Position numbers and translations under genes: made by a program. Under the pieces are notes generated by a model, which made no database searches, was not told where the DNA came from, and saw only the letters and a list, made by a program, of their open reading frames with translations. DNA of 63,899 bases, the filler included, from Octopus bimaculoides (taxonomy: Eukaryota), in assembly GCF_001194135.2 (NCBI RefSeq). It is 7 parts of 5 records of this genome, joined end to end, with 100 filler letters (N's around TTAATTAATTAA, not from the genome) between each part and the next. Parts side by side here need not be neighbours in the genome. Positions count along the whole stretch, not along the records: positions 37,860 to 51,532 come from NC_068983.1; positions 51,633 to 57,132 come from NC_068983.1; positions 57,233 to 62,675 come from NC_068991.1; positions 62,776 to 63,899 come from NC_068984.1; 3 more parts are not named here. One strand, given 5' to 3'. Position 1 is the stretch's first letter, and each line of letters starts with the position of its first letter. Shown one piece after another: positions 50,456-62,934 of this stretch.

Positions 50456-51329
50456 TTGCTGATTAGGTCTTTTCTCTTGAATAGCCGTGTTGAGTGGTTC
50501 CATCTGTTGAACACAGATTTCGCGTTGACCGTTTGGTTCCGTCCAAGCAATTCGTAATGGATAATCCCTTCCCAGTCCCACCATGCGTACAACATAGTTT
50601 TACGCGGATAAAGATCTTGTTTCACGCGCGGTGTCGTTTGTTTACAGGGGCTAAGCTATTCCTATCGCTGCTTCATATTGATGTACAGGCACCATTTTTC
50701 TTCGCCAGTAACAATTGGGTAAAGAAATCGTTGTCTTGTGTCCATGAGTTGAGCGGTGACGAGCAAGCAAACCAGCAGAGATTGTGGCTCGTTGGTTTTT
50801 GTTGTTGTCACTTAAAGCATGCGGAACCCATGCTCCATACTTCTGAAACTTTCCCATCGAGTGAAAATGCTTTTCTATTGCAGTGTGGGAGCATTCCATT
50901 TTCTCTGCCAGTTCTCTTGTCGTTTGACGAGAATTTTCGTGCAAAAAGTTGGTTAAATCGCTCTTCATCGAACTCAACTGGACGTCCAGAACGAGGTGCG
51001 TGTTTGAGGTCAAAATTTCCATTTCTGGCATACCAATCATGAGCGGTTCTTTCAGCTATGGCACCCTATCCATACACAGCACAAATGCCACGAGCAGCTT
51101 TTGCGGCCTTAAAACCTTGATTTAAAAGCAAAAAGAAGTAGGTGTCGAAAGTGCTCGTTTTTCTTAACTTGACCTTCCATTTTAATGATCTGAAAATTAA
51201 CAAAAATTAACTAGATAAAAACAAAATAGATTCAAAAATAGAATTCTTGAAAAAAATAGATTCCAAAATTTAAAAACGCAATAAATTCCAAAATTTAAAA
51301 AAACAGTAGAAACTTAGTTGCCGGCCCAA
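50440..51329 (-). mobile_element. Mariner 5' two-thirds, decayed
   Basis: TIR ttgggccggcaactaag with flanking TA. ATG at 51180 (MEGQVKKNEHFRHLLLF), then PRSGRPVEFDEE, WVPHALS, IVTGEEKW and WWDWEGIIHYELL; truncated before the second catalytic D. Confidence 0.92.
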
Positions 51330-51340
51330 TATATATATAT

Positions 51341-51532
51341 ATGACTGTATGGTAAGTAGCTTGCTTACGAACCACATCGTTCCGGGTTCAGTCCCACTGC
51401 GTGGTACCTTGGGCAAGTGTCTTCTACTATAGCCTCAGGCCAACCAAAGCCTTGTGAGTGGATTTGGTAGACGGAAACTGAAAGAAGACCGTCGTATAAA
51501 TGTATATTTATGTATATGTGAATGTATATGTT
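51341..51532 (+). mobile_element. SINE family A 5' half (runs into gap)
   Basis: gactgtatggtaagtagcttgcttacgaacc...gaaagaagaccgtcgta. Confidence 0.85.
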
Positions 51533-51779
51533 NNNNNNNNNNNNNNNNNNNNNNNNNNNNNNNNNNNNNNNNNNNNTTAATTAATTAANNNNNNNNNNNN
51601 NNNNNNNNNNNNNNNNNNNNNNNNNNNNNNNNTTCATGTCATTAATTTAAATTGCTTAATGAGTGAATGTTTCCAGTCTGTGAATAAAATTAGGCTGAGG
51701 ATGCCAAAACCAAAACCTTCCATATTTGTCCCTCTACCTACCATAGATCAAACTCCTTTTTACTGCATGTTCACATTCA

Positions 51780-52345
51780 ATTTATAATCAATTTGAATTT
51801 CGGAGTGATGGGGAGAAGAAGGCGGAATTGGATGCTAGAATTGCTGATACTGGTACAATAATGTACCAGCTCCAACATTCGATCACCAGAAGATGAGAGA
51901 TTGGTTAAAAAAAAATTCGATTTTTTGTGGTCATAAATATTGGGTAATGACCGAAAAAGTACAATTGTGAATATAAACGGAGGAAATGGGGCTCTTCCAA
52001 AGGATCTCAAAAGTAATGTTACTCGATAAGGTGTATAGCTCAGAGATCAGAAAGTCTCTCCAAGTCGAGCTGCTATTTCTCTGTACTAAGAGGCTGTAAC
52101 ACTGGTACCACAGACATGTGATTTGAATGTCGCAGGTAAGAGTTGCAAGACAGATTCTTTCAAGCACCAACAGGCAGGAGCCCTAGGAATAGACCAAGGA
52201 TGATATGGCTGAATAATATCCATAGTCACAGTTGGCGCTTGAGAATCCAGCTGGAAAGTCTGATGGATGCTTTTGATAGGACCCTGCAAAAGAGATGCCT
52301 GAGGATTCAACCCTCACAACCCTTCCATTAATAACAAGGAAAATG
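51780..52345 (+). mobile_element. RTE (Rex3/Expander-like) LINE 3' fragment
   Basis: FRSDGEKKAELDARIA...EEMGLFQRI..VMLLDKVYSSEIRKSLQVELL...APTGRSPRNRPRMIW...QPSQP. Confidence 0.85.
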
Positions 52346-52644
52346 GATTAAATTTTAGGGTTGTCTCCCTCACCCTTGATAAGTGTTATTAATTCCTGTG
52401 ATCATTTTGTTTTTAATGAAGGTGCAGCTCATTCATGATATTACTTAACTATATNNNNNNNNNNNNNNNNNNNNNNNNNNNNNNNNNNNNNNNNNNNNNN
52501 NNNNNNNNNNNNNNNNNNNNNNNNNNNNNNNNNNNNNNNNNNNNNNNNNNNNNNTGCATTAATTTAATGTGTTAAACTTATCTTTAGCAATGTACTAGCA
52601 GAGACACCCGGCGTTGCTCGGAATTAAAATGGCATAGTTTTTTA

Positions 52645-52830
52645 TTGCTTTACTTGTTTCAGTCATGTGACTGCAGGCACGCTGGAGCACCCACTTTAGT
52701 CGAAGAACTCGACACCATCATTTATTCTTTGTAAACCTAGTACTTCTTCTATCAGAGTGTTTTGCAAACGGCTAAGTTACAAGGATGTAAACACAGCAAC
52801 ATCGGCTGTCAAGTGATGGTGGGGGTACAC
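52645..52830 (-). mobile_element. SINE family A 3' half
   Basis: ttacttgtttcagtcatgtgactgc...catcggctgtcaagtgatggtggggg. Confidence 0.8.
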
Positions 52831-52870
52831 ACACACACATATACATATACATATATATATACATATATAA

Positions 52871-52901
<31 letters not shown>

Positions 52902-53135
52902 AATATATATATATATCTACATATATATAAATATATATACATATATAAATATATCTACATATATATATACATATACATCTATACATATGCATGTATACCT
53001 ATATATCTATACATATCTATCTCTCTCTCTATATATATATATATACATACATAAGTGCAGATGCATGTATGCATATACATCTATATATATATACACATAC
53101 ATATATGCAGATGTATATACATGCATATATATATA

Positions 53136-53470
53136 TCATCACCATCATCGTTTAACGTCCGCTTTCCATGCTAGCATGGGTTGGACGATTTGACTGGGGA
53201 CTGGCGAACCAGATGGCTGCACCAGGCTCCAATCTGATGTGGCAGAGTTTCTACAGCTGGATGCCCTTCCTAACGCCAACCACTCCGAGAGTGTAGTGGG
53301 TGCTTTTATGTGCCACCAGCACGAGGGCCAGTCAGGCAGTACTGGCAACGTCCGCGCTCAAAATGGTGTTTTTTTACGTGCCACCTGCACAGGAGCCAGT
53401 CCAGCGGCACTGGCAACAACCTCGCTCGAATGTTTTTTCACGTGCCAGTAAGGCGACGCTGGTAACGATT
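53136..53470 (-). mobile_element. Family B RTE-tail retroposon
   Basis: The (CAT)n tail abuts a (TA)n tract; the body matches 38441-38850. Confidence 0.88.
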
Positions 53471-55684
53471 ACATAATATATATATGTGTATATGCATGTA
53501 TATAAGTAAGATAATAGTTTCAGTATTAATAGTGAAAGTATATGATTGTTTCAGTATGAAAACTGAAAGTAAATCACATTAAAACAGAGACGTTACTGTT
53601 TCACTTTTGAAAAAAAATCGGCCTTCTTTGTAAAAAAAAACTTTGGACCTGAGTTTGCACCCGCTAAGCAAATCTCGATCCCAGGCCACTGCATACAAGA
53701 CGAACAAATCGAATCAAAATATTTACTATTATTTTCTAATTATACTTGTCACCAGGCAAGACAGGAGCTGAGGTAGGTGGACCAGTTGGCATGAGCCTAC
53801 GCTTTTGAGACGACATACTCCTGATAGAGACACAAACAGGACGTTTTGGTAAATAATTACCCAACAAATCGTTATACTGAAATCCCCGAATATCTAAAAA
53901 AAAAAAAGTCTTTCCGAAAACACTTACCACCCGTTTTCGGCGTAATAAAAACCCTAACCCTAAACACCGCGTGTGCGTATTCTTTACCTTCACCTTTTAT
54001 TGTTTATGAAATATACTTTAAACTAATTAATTCAGTCTGATTAGTCTCAGTAATCACAGGCAACCTCATAGGTTTATACAGTATTTACTACGGTAAATTT
54101 TTACCATATTTACACCAAATGAATGGACTCCACGAATATCTACAAAATTTCTCAGGTGTACTGTTTTTTTTTTTTAATTTTGTATTGTTCGTTTTCGAAT
54201 ATATGTTCTCTGGTTAAAAGCGTGAAACTCGCAGTTCAACTTTCTGAGTAAATGCAAGATTTGGATTGTCCGCGTTTAGCTGTTATTTCTAGCATATCAA
54301 GTTTCGTGGTGGGGACTCCACATGTGATCCTTTTTCTGTTTCAATATAAATGTGAGCCGTTCATTTTCACATCTAAGTTGCGAGAAGGCTATTCATACGA
54401 CCTGGACATGTAGAACACAATGTCAAAAATGAAAATCGCCCCCCCCCCCCCCCCNNNNNNNNNNTTTTTAGGGGGAATCGCATGACCGTGACATATAGAA
54501 CACATTATCGAAAACGAAAATCGCCAAAATTAAAAAATAAAAAAGTTATAGCCATTTTCCCTCAGTGTCTAATTCCAATGTCCACCCAGTAATCAACTCA
54601 GTTTAATTAATCTTATTAGTCACTAACGTAAATTGGGTGAATAGAGAATGCCGTTTCTATATGGTACCTTTCGTTTTGTTTACGTTCGACAACTTTACCT
54701 CCTATTGTTTTGTTAGTAAATCATGACACTACATATACTTATCAATAACCCAAACAATTCTATGTATTATATTAAACACTGATTCACGAAAGTATTTTAT
54801 GAGCAGTTCGATATAGGGTCTAATATCACATATAGCCAGGTCATATTTACCAGTTTTGCGCGGCCCGTAACAAAACATTGCTCTGTACGTATTTTATTTC
54901 TAAACATTTTGAAACTTAAGAGAAACATATAGCTTATATTTTATTAAAATCATTACATTATTAAACAATAACACTGCATGTTACACAAAACTTGCATCGT
55001 TAAGTTTATATTTCGGAAGTCAAGTCGGGCCCCTTGTATCGTTAAGACAATATTTCGGGACCCAGATATCCCACTAGTACCAGAAATTTGACCCAGTTGT
55101 ACAATTAAATTAATAAAATAATAATACATTTAAGCATCTTTCAAATATATGAAATAACAATTACTTTGAACATCAAACGCAACCAATGCAGAGGAATTAA
55201 AATAGGAGTAAAAGCTTATTTTTTACCTTTCTTTTTGTTACTTACTTGGAGTTGGAGACACTATTAAAATGTTTCTGCGACCCGCATAACACAGTACAGC
55301 TACGGAGTATTTTCCAGTGAAACATCGACAGGGGAAGAAAAAAATGACAGTTTATCTTCGAGGGAGTACTGATATTATTTTTGTTGAATAGTCTTTGGAA
55401 ATGATAGAAGGGTTGAGAATCATTAACGCCATAGAAAAAAAAAACACAGAAATGTAGGAAATGAGTGGGCAACAGTGACCGAGGACAAAACAAACAGGAG
55501 AGAGGAGGAGGGAAGGAAGGGATGCAACGTTTACAGTGGAAGCCACTTGTTGGCAAGCACATGCGACTGCATGTGCAATACGCTTAAGTGTTTATAATGA
55601 TAGCTGAAAATCGCGAATGGGAAAACGAAACGAAACAAACAGTTGTATTTCGTTGTTACTGATATATACGTATGTATATCTCTT

Positions 55685-55880
55685 ATTTTTTACTTGTTTC
55701 AATCATTAGGCTGCGGCTATGCTGGGGCATCTTAGAGAATTTTTTAGTAGAATGAATCGAACCCAATACTTTTTCTAAAGTCTGGTACTTATTCTATCCG
55801 TCAGTTTGGCCGAACTGCTAAGTTACAGGGATATAAACACGTCAACACCGGTTGTCAGTGGTGGTGGGACACACACACAT
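55685..55880 (-). mobile_element. SINE family A 3' half
   Basis: tttacttgtttcaatcattaggctgcggctatgctgg...caacaccggttgtcagtggtggtggg. Confidence 0.75.
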
Positions 55881-56278
55881 ATATATATAGTAGAATAATA
55901 AAAGGAAAGTTCTTGGTACAGTATTATATATATTTGGAAAAAAATTAGTAGAGATGGCTGGGGTGGGGCGGATAATTTTTTATTTTAATCTTAATAATAA
56001 TGTTTAGTGAGTTACTCTAATATGAGTTTCAAGTAGCTCTTTTCAAACTGTAAAATGTATGTTTTACTGGTTGCTTAAATAGCAAAAGATTTTTTCTTAC
56101 TAGTATACATACAAATATATATAAAACAATTGCAGCGTGGAAGGTGTTTATAAGCCATTTAAAATAACACACAAAATCCGTTAGATTCACTTCAACATTT
56201 AAATTTAATTTGTCAAAATATTTTCGTCGCATTGAGACCGCGACCTGTTCACTGACAAAATTCTGTGCTGCATCTGAG

Positions 56279-56324
<46 letters not shown>

Positions 56325-56809
56325 AAAAAAAAAGAGAAAAATTTTTTTAATGTGTAAGCATGTGTGAATAAGATGAAGAGGAGGAAGAAGAACAGCAACA
56401 ACAAGAATAAAGAGAGAAGGATAAGAAGAAAAAGGTAAATGAAATAAAGAAAAAAACTAGAAATAAATATATAAGTAAAAATCAAAATAAAGATAAGACT
56501 AAGTGGAGAGGAGAGTTAAGTTCATCAAGAATAAAGAAATGGAATATTTTGGAGTAGCCAATATTGTGTCCTTGTTAAAAGATGACCTATGTGGTGCCTA
56601 TTGATTTGAGGTCACCTTTCCAGTTCTTATAGGTGGTATGGTGTACACATATATACACACACACATATACATATATCTATATATAACTATATATACATAC
56701 ATATACACACACATATATAAGTATACATATACAAACATATCTTTTGACAAGAACAACTTTTGACCACTCCAAAATATCTCCTCCCCACTGTTCTCAGTTA
56801 CTATTAGTA

Positions 56810-57122
56810 ACTGGACCCCAGGACTTATTCTTTCTAAGCCTAATTTTATTCTTTCGGTCTCTTTTGCTGAATTGATAAGTTATGGAGATGTAAACACACC
56901 AACATCAATTGCCAAGCAATGGCAGGGGGAGAAACATAGACACACAAGTACATACATATATATATAACGGGCTTCTTTCAGTTTTCGTCAACCAAATACA
57001 CTCACAAGGCTTTGGTCAGCCTGACGCTATAGTAGAAGACACTTACTCAAGGTGTCATGCAGTGAGACTGAACCCAGAATCATGTGGTTAGGAAGCAAGC
57101 TTCTTACCACGCAGCCACTCCT
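56810..57122 (-). mobile_element. SINE family A
   Basis: Reverse complement of head and body, ending ...cttaccacgcagccactcc. Confidence 0.85.
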
Positions 57123-57246
57123 GTGCCTATATNNNNNNNNNNNNNNNNNNNNNNNNNNNNNNNNNNNNNNNNNNNNTTAATTAATTAANNNNNNNNNNNN
57201 NNNNNNNNNNNNNNNNNNNNNNNNNNNNNNNNATATATATGTATAC

Positions 57247-57277
<31 letters not shown>

Positions 57278-57942
57278 CGATGCTCTATCGAAATGTGTGT
57301 GTGTAGTGTAGTGTAGTGTAGCGTCTTGTGCATATGTATGCAAACATTTTCTACGTGCTATGTAGCTTGTAAAATGTAGGCGTAACAGAAAAGAAAGACA
57401 GACGGTATGAAGCGTGTCAGCCGTCAATCTGGAATCCTAAACGTTTGATTTATCGACTCAAGTAGGATTTTTTTAGTGGAGCGAGTTTAAATACCAACCA
57501 GATGTAATGGAGAATATTATTCATCGGAACTTTGGATTGTACCTGATACGTGTCTGACATAGTCTTAAGCGTTTTCTTGTCTCTGACGTCACATTGTGGT
57601 TCCTGTTTTCACAATCGGCTCTTCTGTTTAAGAACACATTCTCTGAAATTAATGAAAGTTTTATTAAACCTTAGTGCTGAGTTCAAATGGTTCTGTAGGC
57701 CTCGGGATTGTATCGGAAAATCACACAAGTGTATCGTGTTTTGTGACAAGACATAATGTTGTGTTGCTGCTCTCCTTTCTGTTTTTGGTGTTGCTTGACC
57801 TAGGTCAGTTTTGACCGTGCAAACGTTGTTAATACAAACATATGCACACACACAGTAAATGCACGACTTTTGCATAAACTAAACCTACTGTCCCGTGAAA
57901 ACCTTTAGGAAATGTATGTAAACTGGTTTCTAAAATCAAGTA

Positions 57943-57944
<2 letters not shown>

Positions 57945-58024
<80 letters not shown>

Positions 58025-58050
58025 TGTGTGTGTGTGTGCGCGTGTGTGCG
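57945..58050. repeat. (TG)n microsatellite
   Basis: Direct reading. Confidence 0.95.
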
Positions 58051-58166
58051 TGAATATATTTCGGTAGTTTTGAATACATAAACATGTACAACATCTGTGA
58101 AACGAGTTAGAGCATTTATTATGGAAAATAGCATAATGTAGAATAACGAGCGAGTCATTGGCTACA

Positions 58167-58556
58167 GTGGAGGCGCAATGGCCCAGTGGTTAGGACAGCG
58201 GACTCGCAGTCATAGGATCGCGGTTTCGATTCCCAGACCGGGCGTTGTGAGTGTTTATTGAGCGAAAACACCTAAAAGCTCCACGAGGCTCCGGCAGGGG
58301 ATGGTGGCGAACCCTGCTGTACTCTTTCGCCACAACTTTCTCTCACACTTACTTCCTGTTTCTGCTGTGCCTGTAATTCAAAGGGTCAGCCTTGTCACTC
58401 TGTGTCACGCTGAATATCCCCGAGAACTACGTTAAGGGTACACGTGTCTGTGGAGTGCTCAGTCACTTGCACGTTAATTTCACGAGCAGGCTGTTCCGTT
58501 GATCGAATCGGCTGGAACCCTCGACGTCGTAAGCTTAGGAGTGCCAACAACAACAA
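58167..58556 (+). mobile_element. Full-length tRNA-derived SINE with (CAA)n tail (family E)
   Basis: A-box TGGCCCAGTGG, B-box-like GGTTTCGATTCCC, a tRNA-Arg-like head, a (CAA)n tail and an 11-bp TSD CATTGGCTACA (58156-66 / 58557-67). Confidence 0.88.
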
Positions 58557-59239
58557 CATTGGCTACAACATATTGCACGGACGGCTTGTGTACTCTAGCT
58601 ATAAGTTTATGACAAGAGAACAGAAGCCATGTAATCACTTTCATTAGCTTACAGTTGTTTCTACTATAAGATGAGTGTATTCAAAGCTGAATGTTTGTGC
58701 GACATCTTGTATCTGCTTCAGAACAATTAAAATGAAGTGTGTGCTTTGTTACACAGGGGCTGAGCTCTGAGTGCACTGTTTATTATAAGCAGAAACAGTT
58801 GTAAGCTAATGTAAGCAATTACGTGGCTCCTGATCGCTTGCGGTCTCTAGTCTCCTAACGCCCAATTATAAAGCATTTTCATGTTGAGTTATAACAACTG
58901 GTTATTAGTATCACTATACATAAACAGGCACATAAACGCACGCATATGTGTATATATGTAGGCATGTCTCTATGTCTGAATTTACACCGGGGGATAGCCC
59001 CCTGTTAGAAGAATAGGGCACTCCAAAGCCTTATCCACCCTCATATCTCGGCAAATGCCCAGATTATATGTCTAACATATATCTATTCTATTTATACCTT
59101 ACCACCCATGTCATTCCTATTTTCTGCTTCCACCCACTTCAGATAATAAGATACTCGAGGCTGAACATTACCAGCTGTAAGTGAATAGCGAGGATTAAGG
59201 TGACAAATGTCGGCTTTCCATACATTCGGGTTCGGAATT

Positions 59240-59315
59240 CGTCGCCGTCGTTGTCGTCGTTACCACCACCACCACCACCACCACCACCACCACCTTCTTC
59301 TTCTTCTTCTTCTTG
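59240..59315. repeat. (GTC)n(ACC)n(TTC)n compound trinucleotide repeat
   Basis: Direct reading. Confidence 0.9.
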
Positions 59316-59964
59316 TTTTCTTTTTCATTTCGTTTGTTTTCGTTTTTTTTTTTCGAACATAATGTATCTAGGATTAACATTATCTAACTCGTCCTTCGTT
59401 CTTTCAAAACGTCTTGAGCAGTATGTTAGGAAGGTTTGCAGGATATCCCCAACGAGTTGAAGGAGTGACTACGTAAAACGTCCGTGTTTCTGTTGTCGGT
59501 GATCTCATTATTTAAATCCAAATCAGCCTTGATCCGTACCCAGTGTCTTATTATCACATTATCACTAGAAACTAACACATAATTGGGATAATCGTGAGAC
59601 GTGTGTTGTGTGAGTGTATGCAGTCACTTACACACACACACACATATACACGTGTGCGCGCGCTCAAACACGCGCACATATATAATATGAATCTTTTATC
59701 TTTTACCTTTTTCTTATTTCATTTATCTGCGCTCATGCTGGGGCCCCGCCGTGAAGAATTTTTAGTTGAATCAATGAACCCCAGTAGTTATTTTTTCTTA
59801 AAGCCTGTAGTTATTCCATCGGTTTCTTTTGCCGAACCACAAAGTTACGGGGGACGTAAACACACCAACACCTGCGTCTTTATCGGACAAACTGAAGCAA
59901 GTGCGATTTCAAGTCATCATCATTATTGAAAGTTTTACCATTCAATGAATTTTACAAACTTCGA

Positions 59965-60050
59965 AATAATATGAGCGCGGTATCATGAACTTCCCAGAAA
60001 GATGGCAAAAGGTCATCGGACAAAATGGAAAATATATAATTAATTAAAGT
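59965..60050 (+). mobile_element. Mariner transposase C-terminal stub
   Basis: YERGIMNFPERWQKVIGQNGKYIIN*. Confidence 0.75.
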
Positions 60051-61127
60051 NNNNNNNNNNNNNNNNNNNNNNNNNNNNNNNNNNNNNNNNNNNNNNNNNN
60101 NNNNNNNNNNNNNNNNNNNNNNNNNNNNNNNNNNNNNNNNNNNNNNNNNNNNNNNNNNNNNNNNNNNNNNNNNNNNNNNNNNNNNNNNNNNNNNNNNNNN
60201 NNNNNNNNNNNNNNNNNNNNNNNNNNNNNNNNNNNNNNNNNNNNNNNNNNNNNNNNNNNNNNNNNNNNNNNNNNNNNNNNNNNNNNNNNNNNNNNNNNNN
60301 NNNNNNNNNNNNNNNNNNNNNNNNNNNNNNNNNNNNNNNNNNNNNNNNNNNNNNNNNNNNNNNNNNNNNNNNNNNNNNNNNNNNNNNNNNNNNNNNNNNN
60401 NNNNNNNNNNNNNNNNNNNNNNNNNNNNNNNNNNNNNNNNNNNNNNNNNNNNNNNNNNNNNNNNNNNNNNNNNNNNNNNNNNNNNNNNNNNNNNNNNNNN
60501 NNNNNNNNNNNNNNNNNNNNNNNNNNNNNNNNNNNNNNNNNNNNNNNNNNNNNNNNNNNNNNNNNNNNNNNNNNNNNNNNNNNNNNNNNNNNNNNNNNNN
60601 NNNNNNNNNNNNNNNNNNNNNNNNNNNNNNNNNNNNNNNNNNNNNNNNNNNNNNNNNNNNNNNNNNNNNNNNNNNNNNNNNNNNNNNNNNNNNNNNNNNN
60701 NNNNNNNNNNNNNNNNNNNNNNNNNNNNNNNNNNNNNNNNNNNNNNNNNNNNNNNNNNNNNNNNNNNNNNNNNNNNNNNNNNNNNNNNNNNNNNNNNNNN
60801 NNNNNNNNNNNNNNNNNNNNNNNNNNNNNNNNNNNNNNNNNNNNNNNNNNNNNNNNNNNNNNNNNNNNNNNNNNNNNNNTCTCTTTCTTTCTTTCTGTCT
60901 TTCTTCCAAAACATTTTTATCTTCAGTTCAACGAATAAAATGTCGACCTTTATTTTATTTTTTAATATCAGGTGTCAGAGTTAGCAATGTCAAGATTCTG
61001 GATAGTGGTGGAGAGAGGGATAAATACCTCGATACAGTTTGATAGCAGAGAAGTTTTCCTGGCAATGTCATTACAGCTTATTAGCAAATATGTTTTGATT
61101 GGTTTTGTTGTTTTTATAATCATTAGG

Positions 61128-61335
61128 CAAGCTGGCCGAATCGTTACTGCCCCGGACAAGACACTTACGGCATTTCGCCCATCTTTACGTTCTGAGTTCA
61201 AATTCCGCCGAGGTTGACTTTGCCTTACATCCTTTCGGGGTCGATAAATTAAGTACTAGTCAAGTATTGGGGTCGATGTAATTGACTATCCCCCTCCCAC
61301 CAAATTTCGGGCTTTGTGCCTAAAGTAGAAAGGAT
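61128..61335 (+). mobile_element. SINE family C
   Basis: gcaagctggccgaatcg...gagttcaaattccgccgaggttgactttgcc...aaatttcgggctttgtgcc. Confidence 0.85.
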
Positions 61336-61661
61336 AATTGTTTTTATTCTACTTTTTCCTCAACGCATATTTACTTCTAAATGTCTTCTTCATGCTCTGT
61401 CCATTACGTTATATTGCTTCTGAATTATTTAAAATCCTTAACATTTCCAACATTAAAAAGTTTATTATCTTCTTCATTTATTTCACCAAGTACGGCGAAG
61501 GTTAAGTTTCGCTGATGAGGTCAGAATAAGTCCAAAATATGTTCATAGTTACTTCCTGTACTGAAAAGAAAAAAAATGGACGTAATATTTGTCAATGGGG
61601 AATATCGTATTTTCCTTATCGTATATTTTTAGTTAGGCTTGGAATGTTCTGTACATTCTGT

Positions 61662-61950
61662 AGGCGCAGGCGTGACTGTGTAGCCAGAGGACTGCTTCTC
61701 AACTACATGGATCCGGGTTTAGCTCCACTGCGTAGCACCTTGGACTAGCGTCTCTTACATTAGCTTCGGCCCGACCAAAGCCGTGTGAGAGAGAGAGAGA
61801 GAGAAAGAGAGATTGACAACCAGTGTTGGTGCGCTTACGTCCCCATAAATTAGCAATTCGACAAAACTGATCGATAGAGGCTTTAAAAATAAGTACTGGG
61901 ATTGATTCGTTCGATTAAATTTTTTCAAGGCGGTGCCCCAGTGGAATGAT
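61662..61950 (+). mobile_element. SINE family A, degenerate, with internal deletion
   Basis: aggcgcaggcgtgactgtgtagc...gcaccttggactag...ttgacaaccagtgttggtg...ggcggtgcccca. Confidence 0.7.
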
Positions 61951-62177
61951 TCGAACAAGTAAAAGATGAAATAGCCTTACGATTGAGAAAGTCGGTTATC
62001 TGGCTTTTATGGCGTATAAATGACCGAAATCACAACATTACTCCTGGACGGGACACTTCTCCGCTGCAGCATGCAAAGTCAGTAATTTTGAAGGTAGGGG
62101 GCATGTCGATTGCATCAATCTCATTATTTGACTAATACTTTAGTTTATCAATCACGAAGAAATGAAAGGAAAAGTTG

Positions 62178-62651
62178 ATTATGTTTATAATTATAGAATA
62201 TTTGTATAATTTTACCTATAAAGGTAACGTACCGATCTACTTGTTAAAATTATTAATTAATTGATTGATTGATCAATTAATTAAATTAATTAATTAATTA
62301 GTTAATCAATCAATTAATTAATAATTTTAGCAAGAAGATCAGTACGTTAAAATAACCTTTATAGGTAAAATTATACAAATATTCTGTAATTATAAACATA
62401 ATTATAATTAGGGGCCAGCTAATTGCTTCACCACATAACGAATTTAGAAATAGGAGTTAAAAATTCCTTTTCTACTACTGTAAGAGTCTCCACGACAATA
62501 ACACACTACGTAAAAAAGTGTGTTACTGTCGTGGAGATTTTTACAGTAGTAGAAAATGAATTTTAACTCCTACTTCTAAATTCGTTATGTGGTGAAGCAA
62601 TTAGCTGGCTCCTAATTATAATTATGTTTATAACTACAGAATATTTGTATA
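62178..62651. repeat. Overlapping double palindrome (foldback)
   Basis: Hairpin 1 spans 62178-62402 and hairpin 2 spans 62372-62651; they share the 62372-62402 segment. Confidence 0.9.
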
Positions 62652-62776
62652 TACATACGTATGTGTGTATATATANNNNNNNNNNNNNNNNNNNNNNNNN
62701 NNNNNNNNNNNNNNNNNNNTTAATTAATTAANNNNNNNNNNNNNNNNNNNNNNNNNNNNNNNNNNNNNNNNNNNNG

Positions 62777-62807
<31 letters not shown>

Positions 62808-62934
62808 CTTTTATTACAAAAATAACGTAAACCTCCAGGATAACGAAAACCTTAACCAACGGCACTTTTGGAAATTGCGTTCCCTTAAAGGCAAATCACT
62901 GGCAACTAGTTAGTCGATTTACGTCTGCTTCTCA

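Noticed and set aside
57584-57591. Perfect CRE site TGACGTCA
   Set aside because: A single 8-mer is expected about once per window of this size, and there is no linked gene.
58169-58245. tRNA gene
   Set aside because: No proper acceptor stem, and it continues into a SINE body with tail and TSD.
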